This document shows, in pieces, positions 1 to 11,290 of a stretch of DNA of 64,000 nt. This DNA is from Corythoichthys intestinalis (lineage: Eukaryota), in assembly GCF_030265065.1 (NCBI RefSeq), contig NC_080408.1:22727480-22791479 (forward strand), written 5' to 3'. The notes beneath the pieces were generated by a model. That model was given only the letters and a program-made list of their open reading frames with translations, did no database searches and was not told where the DNA came from. Position numbers and translations under genes: made by a program. Numbering within the stretch: position 1 is the stretch's first letter; each line of letters opens with the position of its first letter.

Positions 1-19
1 TCGATAAAAAGAATATCCT

Positions 20-245
20 GTAAAAATATTGGAGTAGAGAGATTGAAAGACTTACATTTTGCTGCACTCTTCGTCAAATTTTCCTCGTGATGAATAATTC
101 CCCCCAATGGGCTGAAGTGAAACCATGATCCTGCTGACGTCATCCTCCTGTTGGGGGCGCTAGAGCCCTATGATGGTAGGCGTGGCTAAACCGCAGATTA
201 AAAGACTAATTTCTCATCATCTGCGCTTTGCCAATTTGATGTATA
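20..245 (+). repeat. host interspersed repeat, 5' part (continues at 1638..1715); the empty-site paralog is at 41835..42170
   Basis: 20..245 plus 1638..1715 align end to end with 41835..42170, in which ttgtataaagtcgcatcg is contiguous. Copy A of the THAP element sits at that point. Confidence 0.6.
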
Positions 246-380
246 TAGACCCTACTCACATGACGTCACAACCACCCCCTGCGCCATATTGTCCGTCAAC
301 TCGTCGTGTTGACGCATTACCACTATGTAAATTCCTCCTATTATGGCGTGTTTTTCTGCTCGTTAACATTAATAATCAAT

Positions 381-558
381 ATGGTGAAGGCGTGTGTGGC
401 GGTTGGTTGCAATAACAGAGAAGATAGACGGAGAGACTTGAAGTTCTACCTTATTCCGAGAGACCCGGAGAGGAGAGCAAGATGGACTGCTGCAATTCGA
501 CGAGAAAACTGGGCTCCAAACGATTACCACAGATTATGTAGTAGACATTTTATATCTG
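381..558 (+). CDS. THAP zinc-finger domain exon (MVKACVAVGCNNREDRRRDLKFYLIPRDPERRARWTAAIRRENWAPNDYHRLCSRHFIS-)
   Basis: C-x4-C...C-x2-H THAP signature with conserved W and P. Ends at a strong GGTAAGA donor. No downstream exons identified, so it may be an element-borne exon or a pseudogene. Confidence 0.5.
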
Positions 559-1087
559 GTAAGATGCATTTAATATATATTTAGAGGGTTTTGTGCTGAC
601 AACCACAATTAAGATCATTGAGAGGCTAATCGCCGACAACATACAGTTTCAAATTCAAGGTGCTTATTTCTTCCACCATCATTAGTTTTTGAATAATATT
701 TAGCTGGTACCAAGTGAAAGAAGCTGGCTTCGTCTACGGATCATCAGTTAAACAGGTGTGTCCAAACCTTTTGCAAAGGGGGCCAGATTTGGTGTGGTAA
801 AAATGCGGCGGGCTACCTTGGCTGATTTACATAGAACAATATATTTAAACAAATTTTAGCAAGCCCTTCTGTGTGTCACATTTGCTTTATTATTTTTTTT
901 AATTCATAATTTCAACAGTCTCGTCCTTGTGGCGTTCTTTCGACACTCGGGCTCTTGCGAAATACTGCTGCTTTGAAATTAAACTAGCTTCAAGTTGCTA
1001 TAATTTCTCGCTGCGTATCTTCCCTATAATGTTGTCGTACATGTCAGCGTGTCTTGTTCGGTAATATCATTATCGCGTCACATCGAA

Positions 1088-1232
1088 CTATTTGAAAACA
1101 GCGACTGTCTTTTTGCAAATGAGGCAGACACAGTTGTTGCATGTTTTATTGAAGAAATAGTCCAATATCCACCTATCCTTGAAGCGTTGGCCATCGCAGT
1201 CAACTTTTTTTTTTTTAATTGATTGTCGCCAT
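1088..1232 (-). pseudogene. remnant N-terminus of a Buster-type hAT transposase (KKKVDCDGQRFKDRWILDYFFNKTCNNCVCLICKKTVAVFK*)
   Basis: Matches the N-terminal motif KRKVD..F.EEW..YFF..CLIC..VAV.KEYNLKRHYETKH shared by FAM200/ZBED5/GTF2IRD2-like proteins. Truncated by TAG. Upstream in the same ORF, AVKSLDALHKRHYVEK looks like the displaced second half of the motif. Confidence 0.5.
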
Positions 1233-1769
1233 TTTAGAAAATTGGAAGGGTCACACGGGGTAATGTTGCTTAGAGTGCTGCTCTTAAAGTTTTTGAAAGT
1301 TTCATGAGAATAGGCTGATTTTGTGTGGACGAGATAGTTGTAGATATCAGGGTAGCAGATGTCAGGCAGAGAGGGCGAAGACAGCGGGTCGAAAAATATT
1401 GATTTGGGCATCAAATATGGATCTGGCAAATGGATAGACTGAAGCTTTTCCACATAATGCCTTTTATGCAACGCATCCAATGATTTTACAGCGTCTGAAA
1501 GCACCGGGGCTTCCATGAATTGCACTATAAATTGCACGACAAATTGAAACCATTGAGAATACGGATAAACAATGACGGACAATATGGCAGCCGGATACAG
1601 CGACACGTCATTCTGTGACGTTGGTGAGTAGGGTCTATAGTCGAATCGTCTCAAAATATGATTGTAATTCATTCATTCTATTTAAGACTTTTTCCATCCT
1701 GTCGTACGCACTTCGAATTGTTTGGTAAAAATTGGTTTCAATTGCTCGTTAAGTTTCCTCAGGCAGAGG

Positions 1770-1960
1770 GCACACTTACTTATTTTCCCCCCTTCTGTGG
1801 TTATTTGCATGCAATCCTCAATAAATAAAATATGAAAACCTATAAATGTTTGGGTGGTTTTAGTTACTGTTTTTACATCTGTGTGATTTTGACAACGATC
1901 AGATCACACTTGATGGGTATTTTACGCAGAAATGTGAGAAATTCCAAAAGGTTCAGACAT
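1770..1960 (+). mobile_element. solo TIR fragment of the Tc1-like family present at 38498..40087
   Basis: cacttacttattttcccccttctgt...aaaacctataaatgtttgggtggttttagtt matches the right TIR at 39905-40070. Confidence 0.55.
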
Positions 1961-2059
1961 AGGCGGAGTTTGACTTTTGGGGCAGGGGGGAACAACATGT
2001 TGATGACCCCGAAACGCATTGTCAGCAATAAAATTAATTTACAAGAATATTTATAAAAA

Positions 2060-2215
2060 TAAGTTGACAATGAACGTTTTTTGTTTCCCATCATTCTTGA
2101 GGGGAATTCTTAATCAGGCTGCTTAGGGAATACTTTTCGCCAAGATGGTCAACCACTGAATATGGTATGCCCGCCGGTGTCGTGCCAATGTAGTTACCCT
2201 AGTCAAAAATTGTAT
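2060..2215 (+). repeat. interspersed repeat (second copy at 62410..62560)
   Basis: cccatcattcttgaggggaattcttaatcaggct...gaatatggtatgcccg aligns to 62425-62540. Confidence 0.5.
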
Positions 2216-2740
2216 CCCCTGGGTGGAGCCTTATGGAGGTGGATTTATGTCTTTATTTTTCAATCAAAAAAAGTTGCTTCAATTAAGAAAAATGTGTTTA
2301 AATGCAAAAATAAATTTGGAACAAAAAAAGCTCGTGAAAGCTATTTTTCTTTGATTTTTTTTTTTTTTTAATGGAGTCAAGTTTTCCTTTTTTTTGTTGT
2401 TGATGAAAGCAACTTTTTTGATTCAAGTAATGTTGATTCGTGTTTGAGCCACATTTTGGCTAGCACATTTTTGTCTTTATTTTTCAATCAAAAAATAAGT
2501 TGCTTCAAAAAAATATACGTTCAAAAAGAAAAATCAATCAAAAAAAGAAAAAAAAATCAATCATAGAAAACGTTTTTGAATGCGAACAAATATTTGACAT
2601 TGAAAAATTTACATTTGAACACTTAATTTTTCAATAAAAACATTTCTTTGATTGAAGCAATCCTTTTTGTGTTTGGACCATATCATGGGTAGGACATTTG
2701 TGTCTAAATCATTCAATCCCCCAAAAAGTTGCTTAATGCC
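2200..2740. repeat. satellite-like tandem repeat, unit about 180-200 bp, about 3 copies
   Basis: Recurring tttttcaatcaaaaaa(a)agttgcttcaa ... tgtttg(a/g)(g/a)cca(c/t)at.. blocks at about 2250, 2460 and 2640. Confidence 0.5.
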
Positions 2741-3190
2741 AGTCACCCTTTACTCGCCGTCATCAGTGCACAGAGGAGCTCGTTTAGCAATAGGCTGCTC
2801 CTCCCCAGGTGTAGAACCAACAGACTGAAAGACTCCTTTGTTCCACGTGCTATTAAGCTCCACAACTCCACTTTAGGTGGGAGGGCGAGGGACAGTAATG
2901 CAATATTAGCACTTTAGCACCTCTGTTACTTGGTTCTCCTGTTAGTGTCTGCCAGGTGTTATTATTCTTTTATTGTACTGTAGTGGTAGCATATTGTATT
3001 TATTTTACTTTCAACCTTTATATTTAATTTTATGTTTTTAAATCTTTTTTACTCCAGCACTTTTTACTATCCTGCACTTTACACTTATCTTTGTTACTGT
3101 GTTGTTATGGGCGCTGGAAACCAATTTTCCTGAGGGAACCCTCCCAAAGGGATAAATAAAGTTTACTGAATTGAATTGAATTGAATTAAA
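2730..3190 (+). mobile_element. 5'-truncated non-LTR retrotransposon (LINE) 3' end with (GAATT)n tail
   Basis: ORF fragment ...RTNRLKDSFVPRAIKLHNS, a reverse-transcriptase C-terminal motif common in teleost LINEs. Then 3'UTR and gaattgaattgaattgaatt at 3165-3190. Confidence 0.45.
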
Positions 3191-3425
3191 TCTAAAATAA
3201 TATTTTCAATCAAAGAAAATAAAATTGCCCTCCCCTAATTTTTAAATTTTTTGGGGAAAATCAAATGCAAACCAAATGACCGTCTATTGTGCTAGTCACA
3301 TGATCTGTTCGTAAAAATTAATTTTGACCCATTATAAAAATGTATTTTTTTGTTCATTTCATTCATTTTTGTTGCATTTTTATTGCTTTACAACTTATGT
3401 ACTGTATATATATATGTATATACAT

Positions 3426-4836
3426 TACTTTCAGTGCAGCAAACTCCAGAAATTCAGTGAGGATCTCTGAATGATCCAATGTTGTCCTAAATGACCGATG
3501 ATGATAAATAGAATCCACCTGTGTGTAATCAAGTCTACGTATAAATGCACCTGCTCTGTGATAGTCTCAGGGTTCTGTTTAAAGTGCAGAGAGCATTATG
3601 AAAACCAAGGAACACACCAGGCAGGTCCGAGATACTGTTGTGGAGAAGTTTAAAGCCGAATTTGGATACAAAAAGATTTCCCAAGCTTTAAACATCTCAA
3701 GGAGCACTGTGCAAGCCATCATATTGAAATGAAAGGAGCATCAGACCACTGCAAATCTACCAAGACCCGGCCGTCCTTCCAAGCTTTCTTCTCAAACAAG
3801 GAGAAAACTGATCAGAGATGCAGCCAAGAGGCCCATGATCACTCTGGATGAACTGCAGAGATCTACAGCTGAGGTGGGAGAGTCTGTCCATAGGACAACA
3901 ATCAGTCGTACACTGCACAAATCTGGCCTTTATGGAAAAGTGGCAAGAAGAAAGCCATTTCTCAAAGATATCCATAAAAAGTCTCGTTTAAAGTTTGCCA
4001 CAAGCCACCTGGGAGACACACCAAACATGTGGAAGAAGGTCCTCCGGTCAGATGAAACCAAAATGGAACTTTTTGGCCACAATGCAAAACGATATGTTTG
4101 GCGTAAAAGCAACACAGCTCATCACCCTGAACACACCATCCCCACTGTCAAACATGGTGGTGGCAGCATCATGGTTTGGGCCTGCTTTTCTTCAGCAGGG
4201 ACAGGGAAGATGGTTAAAATTGACGGGAAGATGGATGCGGCCAAATACAGGAACATTCTGGAAGAAAACCTGTTGGTATCTGCACAAGACCTGAGACTGG
4301 GACGGAGATTTATCTTCCAACAGGACAATGATCCAAAACATAAAGCCAAATCTACAATGGAATGGTTCAAAAATAAACGTCTCCAGGTGTTAGAATGGCC
4401 AAGTCAAAGTCCAGACCTGAATCCAATCGAGAATCTGTGGAAAGAGCCGAAGACTGCTGTTCACAAACACTCTCCATCCAACCTCACTGAGCTCGAGCTG
4501 TTTTGCAAGGAAGAATGGGCAAGAATGTCAGTCTCTCGATGTGCAAAACTGATAGAAACATACCCCAAGCGACTTGCAGCTGTAATTGGAGCAAAAGGTG
4601 GCGCTACAAAGTATTAACGCAAGGGGGCCGAATAATATTGCACGCCCCACTTTTCAGTTTTTTATTTGTTAAAAAAGTTTAAATTATCCAATAAATTTTG
4701 TTCCTTTTCACGATTGTGTCCCACTTGTTGTTGATTCTTGACAAAAAATTAAAATTTTATATCTTTATGTTTGAAGCCTGAAATGTGGCGAAAGGTTGCA
4801 AGGTTCAAGGGGGCCGAATACTTTTGCAAGGCACTG
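3426..4836 (+). mobile_element. Tc1-like transposon (family 1), 5'-truncated copy
   Basis: Lacks about 220 bp of the left TIR. Right TIR gggggccgaatacttttgcaaggcactg. 98% identical to the full copy at 25427..27056. Flanked by (TA)n. Confidence 0.85.
3598..4617 (+). pseudogene. Tc1 transposase pseudogene (in-frame TGA at about 3730)
   Basis: MKTKEHTRQVRDTVVEKFKA... through ...KRLAAVIGAKGGATKY*. Premature stop after ILK. Confidence 0.8.
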
Positions 4837-4880
4837 AATATATATATATATATTTATTATATATATATATATATATATTT
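4837..4880. repeat. (TA)n/(TATTA)n microsatellite
   Basis: Direct. Confidence 0.9.
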
Positions 4881-4927
4881 ATTATTTTTTATTATTTGTT
4901 TGTGAAATGCGAGCAAAAACACGTTTG

Positions 4928-5305
4928 TCAGTGCATGGCGCTGTTCTTCATTATTAACTTTATTCCGCCACTTGACCATAGGGCGATTGGGGTCCTGTCT
5001 GACATCGCCACATTGCCACATGCTCTGTTTTTTTCGTACTTTTCAAAGTTTGGATGGCTGAAATTCTTTGACCCTACATAAAATGCGCTGCTCTTATCAG
5101 CGACATTGGGATTCTCACGGCACATTTTGTACCGCATTTCCGTGCGAGCATCATTTACTTCTAGCCATGGTACCTCCTGCAGCCACTTTTCCGCAAAAGT
5201 CTTTTTTTTCCCGGTAGCTCCGGTGACGTCTGTCTTCTGTCCGTCCTTTGACGGGGGTGGGGGAACACGGAAATAATTACTCAGTGGGGCCTGCCGCTTC
5301 GACAT
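4928..5305 (-). pseudogene. isolated N-terminal fragment of a hAT-type transposase (TTF-type zinc finger region)
   Basis: MSKRQAPLSNYF...KKKTFAEKWLQEVPWLEV...MRYKMCRE...SSAFYVGSKNF matches the F..W...PWLEY....MFCK.C motif of DUF4371/hAT transposase N-termini. No catalytic domain follows. Confidence 0.45.
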
Positions 5306-5477
5306 TTTGAGAAGTTATTTTCTCGTGTCCGCTGCAAATACAGTGGTCAGCCATCGGTACGCAAAAGCGTATGGAAGCTGTTGATGGCCAGCGCATTTGT
5401 CTACGTCCAGTACGCATGCACGCATGCGAACCACTTATGTGCACCCCTGTATATATATATATATATATATATATATT

Positions 5478-5850
5478 AGGGCTGTCAAACGATTAAAATT
5501 TTTAATTGAGTTAATTACAGCTTAAAAATTAATTAATCGTAATTAATCGCAATTCAAACCATTTATAAAATATGCCATATTTTTCTGTAAATTATATATA
5601 TATTCTGTAAAATAAATTGTTGGAATGGAAAGATAAGACACAAGATGGATATATACATTCAACATACAGTACATAAGGACTGTAGTGGGCATTTCACTCT
5701 ACTGTCATTTAAATCTGTCTATGCTGTCCTCACTCCGAAGCGTCTACTTTTTCCAAAGCTAGACAGCTAGTGAACGACGCCATAATAATCAGACTTCTTT
5801 CTTTTTCATCTGATTTATTAATAAAATGGCCTGAAACCATTGTCCTCTTT
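5478..5850 (+). mobile_element. MITE family M1 (TIR TAGGGCTGTCAAACGATTAA...), left-half partial copy
   Basis: Identical to the first about 370 bp of the copy at 6445..7280. Preceded by (TA)n. Confidence 0.6.
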
Positions 5851-5884
5851 AGACAATTGAATTGAAGATAGAATTGAGAATAGA

Positions 5885-6095
5885 ATTGAATTTTCCACAT
5901 AAGGCTTAATCTTTGAGTTAGCGGGGGTTTAATTAGTCGATGGAGTTAATTTCAAACACCATTGACTCGCGCTAGCTTAGCCACACCGGAGCCCTGAAAC
6001 AAACAAACTAACAAACTGCACTGAATTTGTTTAAATCAACTCCAACAACTAATTAAACCCCCGCTAACTCTGAGATTAAGCCTAATGTCAAAAAT
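5885..6095. mobile_element. small palindromic MITE (arms cataaggcttaatctttgagttagcgggggtttaattagt / rc)
   Basis: A 40-bp inverted pair at 5900-5945 and 6048-6090. Partial copy at 12965-13010. Confidence 0.45.
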
Positions 6096-6338
6096 TCTGA
6101 ACTTCCCCTTTAAAATAAAGACCTCTCCGTTAAAATTCTGTTAATAAAAGTTGTAAAGCAATAAAACAAAAATTAATGAAATGACCAACCGCTACAACAT
6201 ATTTCATAATGGATGAAAAATCAGTTTTCAAACAGATCATGTTACTAGCACCTTAGAGACTATCCTTTGCTTAGCCAAAACTACACCTGAGGAGTCAAGA
6301 TGGAGATTTAGAACTTCTTTTTTCAAACGCTACCAACA

Positions 6339-7393
<1,055 letters not shown>

Positions 7394-7547
7394 AGTTTCA
7401 TGCAATGACACTTTTCGGCCACCAGAGGGGGGCTGCCCCCCCTTAAAATTATGTGAATACTTTCAAATTACATTTCGTAATTTGTAAGTATTCATATAAA
7501 AACATATTTTTTATCTAAAAAGTTTAAAGAACACTTCATTGACACAT

Positions 7548-7670
7548 TTAACTAATTTTCTCCCTTTGACGACGTTATACGTCCAATCCATTTGAAGTAG
7601 GAGGGATGATATCTATGATCTATCTATCTATGATCGTCTATTGGACATATATTATCGTCAATAAATGTAA
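7548..7670. mobile_element. palindromic MITE family M2 (core ...tagacgtccaatccatttgaagtgggaggg...), copy
   Basis: One of at least 10 copies in the window (see others listed). Confidence 0.55.
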
Positions 7671-7699
7671 ATTACTTATTTGGTAATTTTTCATTTTTA

Positions 7700-7835
7700 A
7701 TTCAAAGGTTGGGCTATGCCTCCTCTTTTACCAGTTGATTTCGTCTCCCGCGCAAGCGCACTGCGACCTTCCCTTCCCCCGCCCCTCCCCCTTGACGCTA
7801 TTTCGGCGTTAATCCGCGGATGTGAGTGCGGCGTC
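7700..7835 (+). promoter_or_regulatory. amph: putative amph core promoter / 5'UTR (TATA-less, GC box)
   Basis: GC-rich, with cccgcccctcccc (Sp1-like GC box) about 55 bp upstream of the ATG. No TATA box. The transcription start site cannot be fixed from sequence alone. Confidence 0.35.
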
Positions 7836-7904
7836 ATGGCGGACATCAAAACGGGAATATTCGCTAAAAATGTGCAGAAGAGGCTGAACAGGGCGCAGGA
7901 GAAG
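7836..7904 (+). CDS. amph: amph exon 1 (MADIKTGIFAKNVQKRLNRAQEK)
   Basis: ATG at 7836 in Kozak context gcgtcATGG. The 23 codons are identical to the human AMPH N-terminus. Donor GTAAGC at 7905. Confidence 0.9.
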
Positions 7905-7992
7905 GTAAGCGCTCCGAGGGGTGTGAGAGAAGGAGATGATGAAGATGAATGAGTTGGAGGAAGATGAGGACGGGGAGGTCGGTGATGGACGC

Positions 7993-8195
7993 TGACGTCC
8001 TTGCAGGCAGGCCGTGACAGCTTTTGGAAATGCGCGATGCGATGACGTCAAGTACAGCGAAAAGCAACATCATACGTATTCCAGCCTCCTCCAAAACTCG
8101 ATTAGCTGTCATTAAGCGTTTTTTTTTTTTTAATTGCCCTAGTGGTGACGTCATGCAACACGAGCGTTCTCGCGAGATGACGTCAAGGGTGATTA
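7993..8195. promoter_or_regulatory. cluster of CRE sites in amph intron 1: TGACGTCA at 8043-8050, 8156-8163 and 8188-8195, plus TGACGTCC at 7993-8000
   Basis: Three perfect 8-bp CRE palindromes and one near-site within about 200 bp, starting 90 bp downstream of exon 1. Confidence 0.4.
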
Positions 8196-8599
8196 CTTTC
8201 GCCACATTTTGTTTTAAGTACACACATAGTGCAATCGTACATTTAGATTTTTTTTTCAAATAAATGTAAATTTTCTATGTAATTTAACTTCTATGTACTC
8301 CAGGAACACCTATTTTTGTTAAAGAAGGAGTACATTTGACTACATTGACATTTATTTTCAGCCAGTAAATATGTTGATGATCCCGAAACGCAATGTCAGC
8401 AATAGAATTAACTTACAAGATATATGCCCTGATAGTAGCTGAGCCCATGCTCGTACATACAGGCATCCCAGGTGTGTGTGTGTTTTCCTGTCTTACCTAG
8501 TGGAGAAGTAGATGCCGCATCCTTTTTGACTGAATATTCCTGCCAGGAACATTTATAATAATGCGTTGAAAATGAGCATTTCTTTGCTTCCTATCATTA

Positions 8600-8912
8600 A
8601 CTTTAACGTTTTTAGTGCAGCAAACTGAAACTCCACCCACCATTTTGGCGGTGCTCTCCCGCGTTTCATGGACCACATGTTCAATCCTTGGTTCTCACTC
8701 AGTAGTAGTTATCGCTTTTGAAAGCTTAGGTTTGAAAAAATTACGTATATCCATCTTGCCTCTTCTGCACTCAGGTGATTATTATTATAATTTTTTTGCT
8801 AAGCAAAGAAATTGACCGTATCTAAATTGTGAGTCACATGATTGAAATATAATTTTGACCCATTGTTAAAATATTTTTTTGCTAATTTCATTCATTTTTG
8901 TTGTTTGTTTTA
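8600..8912 (+). repeat. interspersed repeat family R2, copy interrupted by a Tc1 insertion (continues at 12211..12300)
   Basis: Collinear with the intact copy at 62565..62900. TA target duplication at the Tc1 junctions. Confidence 0.6.
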
Positions 8913-9739
8913 CAGTGTATCACAAAAGTGAGTACACCCCTTGCATTTCTGCAGATATTTAAGTATATCTTTTTATGGGACAACACTGACAAAATGACAC
9001 TTTGACAAAATGAAAAGTAGTCTGTATTCTTGTATAATAGAGTTCATTAATTTCCCATCAAAATAACTCAAAGTATAACCATTAATATCTAAACCCCTGG
9101 CAACAAAAGTGAGTACACCCCTGAGAAACTACATCCCTAAATGTCCAAATTGAGTACTGCTTGTCATATTCCCTCCAAAATGTCATGTGACTCGTTACAG
9201 GGGTGCTGTCAGCATTGCTGCAGAGATGGAAGAGGTGGGGGTGGGGGGTTCATTCCCACCACCATGCTTGACTGTAGGCATGACACACTTATCTTTGTAC
9301 TCCTCACCTGGTCGCCACCACACATGCTTGAGACCATCGGAACTAAGGGTGTGACAAAATATCGAAATGGTGATATATCGTGATACTTTGTATCCCAAAA
9401 GGTTATCGATATGCTCCTGCCAAGAATCGAGATATCGTTTTAAAAAGGTGTCAATGTTTCCACCACAGGTGGGTTGGGATCTGAGCTATTTGTAGGCCAT
9501 GACATGACATGATAAGTCTTTCTCCAAGGACTGCTTTAACGGTTTTAGCTCTTTGGCATGATGCATTATCATCTTGGAAAATGACATATTTTCAATTGAA
9601 GGGATAAGAAATCTAAAATGTCTAAAATTTCAATGTAAACTCTTGAAATTTATTGAAGATTTAACCACAGCCATCTCCCCAGTGCCTTTGCCTTACATGC
9701 AGCCCTACATCATCAAGGAGTGAGGGAATTTTGATGTCT

Positions 9740-9960
9740 TCTTCAGGCAACCATCTTTGTAAATCTCACTGGAATGGCACCAAACAAAAGTTTCACCATC
9801 ATCACCTTGTCCAATGCAGATTCTTGGCTCTTGACACCTTGTCCAATGCAGATTCTTGACTCCTTGTCCAATGCAAATTCTTGACTCTTGACAAGGTGAT
9901 GATGCTGGAACCTTTGTTTGGTGCCATTCCAGTGAGATTTACAAAGATTGTTGCCTGAAG
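9740..9960. repeat. perfect about 70-bp inverted repeat (hairpin) with a 22-bp unit ccttgtccaatgcagattcttg x3 in the loop
   Basis: 9745-9810 is the reverse complement of 9893-9960. Tandem triplet at 9812-9890. Confidence 0.7.
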
Positions 9961-10199
9961 AACCTGTTCCAGTGAGACCTTAAATGGCCCAAAATTGCCA
10001 AATTGCCTGGCATTGACTGCCACTGACAGCCATAGACGTTCAATCCGTTTGAAGTGATAAACTCATTCCAATTCACAGCACAAACTTTTTTTCTGTTTAT
10101 TAGTTGTTTGTACTATCCTAGAATGATTTCCTGACCAATGTATCGATAATCGTCGTATCGCCTTATCGTCAGATCATCGTTATTGTGAGCTTTGTATCG

Positions 10200-11290
10200 C
10201 AAATCGTATCGTATCGTGAGGTACCAACAGTGTTGTTAATCTTACTGAAAAAAAGTAATTAATTATAGTTACAAATTACTTCTCACAAAAAGTAATTGCG
10301 TTAGTAACTCAATTACCTGAATGTAAGAGTAATTAGTTACTTGGCAAAAAAAAACAACAACAAAAAAAAAAAAAAAAAAAAAAACATTGGCCAGTTTTTT
10401 GTGAAGGTTTTTGGTACAATTGGCCCGAGCCCAATTCTTTACCCGAATTTACCCTTTACCCTGAATCAACTGTTAAAAGTTGTTAAAATTGCTCCCATTA
10501 TTGCATTTGTTCCCTTCTCTCGACTTTCGACATATGAAAGTTTTAAAACTGTTTCATCATTTAAAGATAGATTCAAGTCAAGATTTTGCCGATTTAGAAG
10601 TATTTTAGATAAAAAGTTACTTAGGTTCGCTAGGAAGGTTCTCTACAACAGAGCCGTCCTAAAAAGTCTACTGCTTTAAGATGGCGGCTGTCTACTAACG
10701 CATTTAGTGCCATGCAGTGTTGTTAATTTTACTTTAAAAAAGTAATTAATTACAGTTACAAATTACTTCTCCCAAAAAGTAATTGCGTTAGTAACTCAGT
10801 TACCTGAATGTAAGAGTAATTAGTTACTTGGCAAAGTAACTAGTGATATATATATATTTTTTTTTTCTCAAAAAAAAAAAAAAAAAAACACAGGTCACAC
10901 AATGTGAAGCTTAAAGGGTTTGGGGGACAATTGGCCCTAACCCAATTCTTTACCCTCCGCTTAACTAGACACAAGGGTATTGCGATAACTAGCTAGTAAC
11001 CTTTGCTATGTGTGGAAGTCATTTAAAGTTGTGAATCAATCGTTAAAGTTGTTAAAATTTCTCCCGTTATTGCATTAGTTCCCTTCTGTCTACTTTAAAC
11101 ATGTGTAAGTTTTAAAACTGTTTCATCATTTAAAGATAGATTTAAGTTCAGATTTTGCCGATTTAGGAGCATTTTAGATAAAAAAAAAAATTACTTAGGT
11201 TCGCTAGGAAGGATCTCTACATCAGGGCCTTCCTGAGAGGTCTACTGCTTTAAGATGGCGGCTGTTTACAAACGCATGTAGTCCTTAAAA
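10200..11290. repeat. about 550-bp segmental tandem duplication inside Tc1 family-2 copy (third partial copy at 63530..63750)
   Basis: 10230-10700 aligns to 10700-11285. Includes (A)n tracts. Confidence 0.55.

Larger units (their letters stand above)
246..1637 (+). mobile_element. TIR-bounded 1.4-kb element, copy A: carries a THAP first exon (+) and a Buster-type hAT N-terminal remnant (-)
   Basis: 14-bp TIR TAGACCCTACTCAC / GTGAGTAGGGTCTA. 95%-similar copy at 58091..59452 in inverted orientation. Nested inside another repeat whose uninterrupted paralog lies at 41835..42170. Confidence 0.65.

Noticed and set aside
10341-10679. ORF MAKKNNNKKKKKKKNIG...
   Set aside because: Initiates in a poly(A) tract inside nested repeats.
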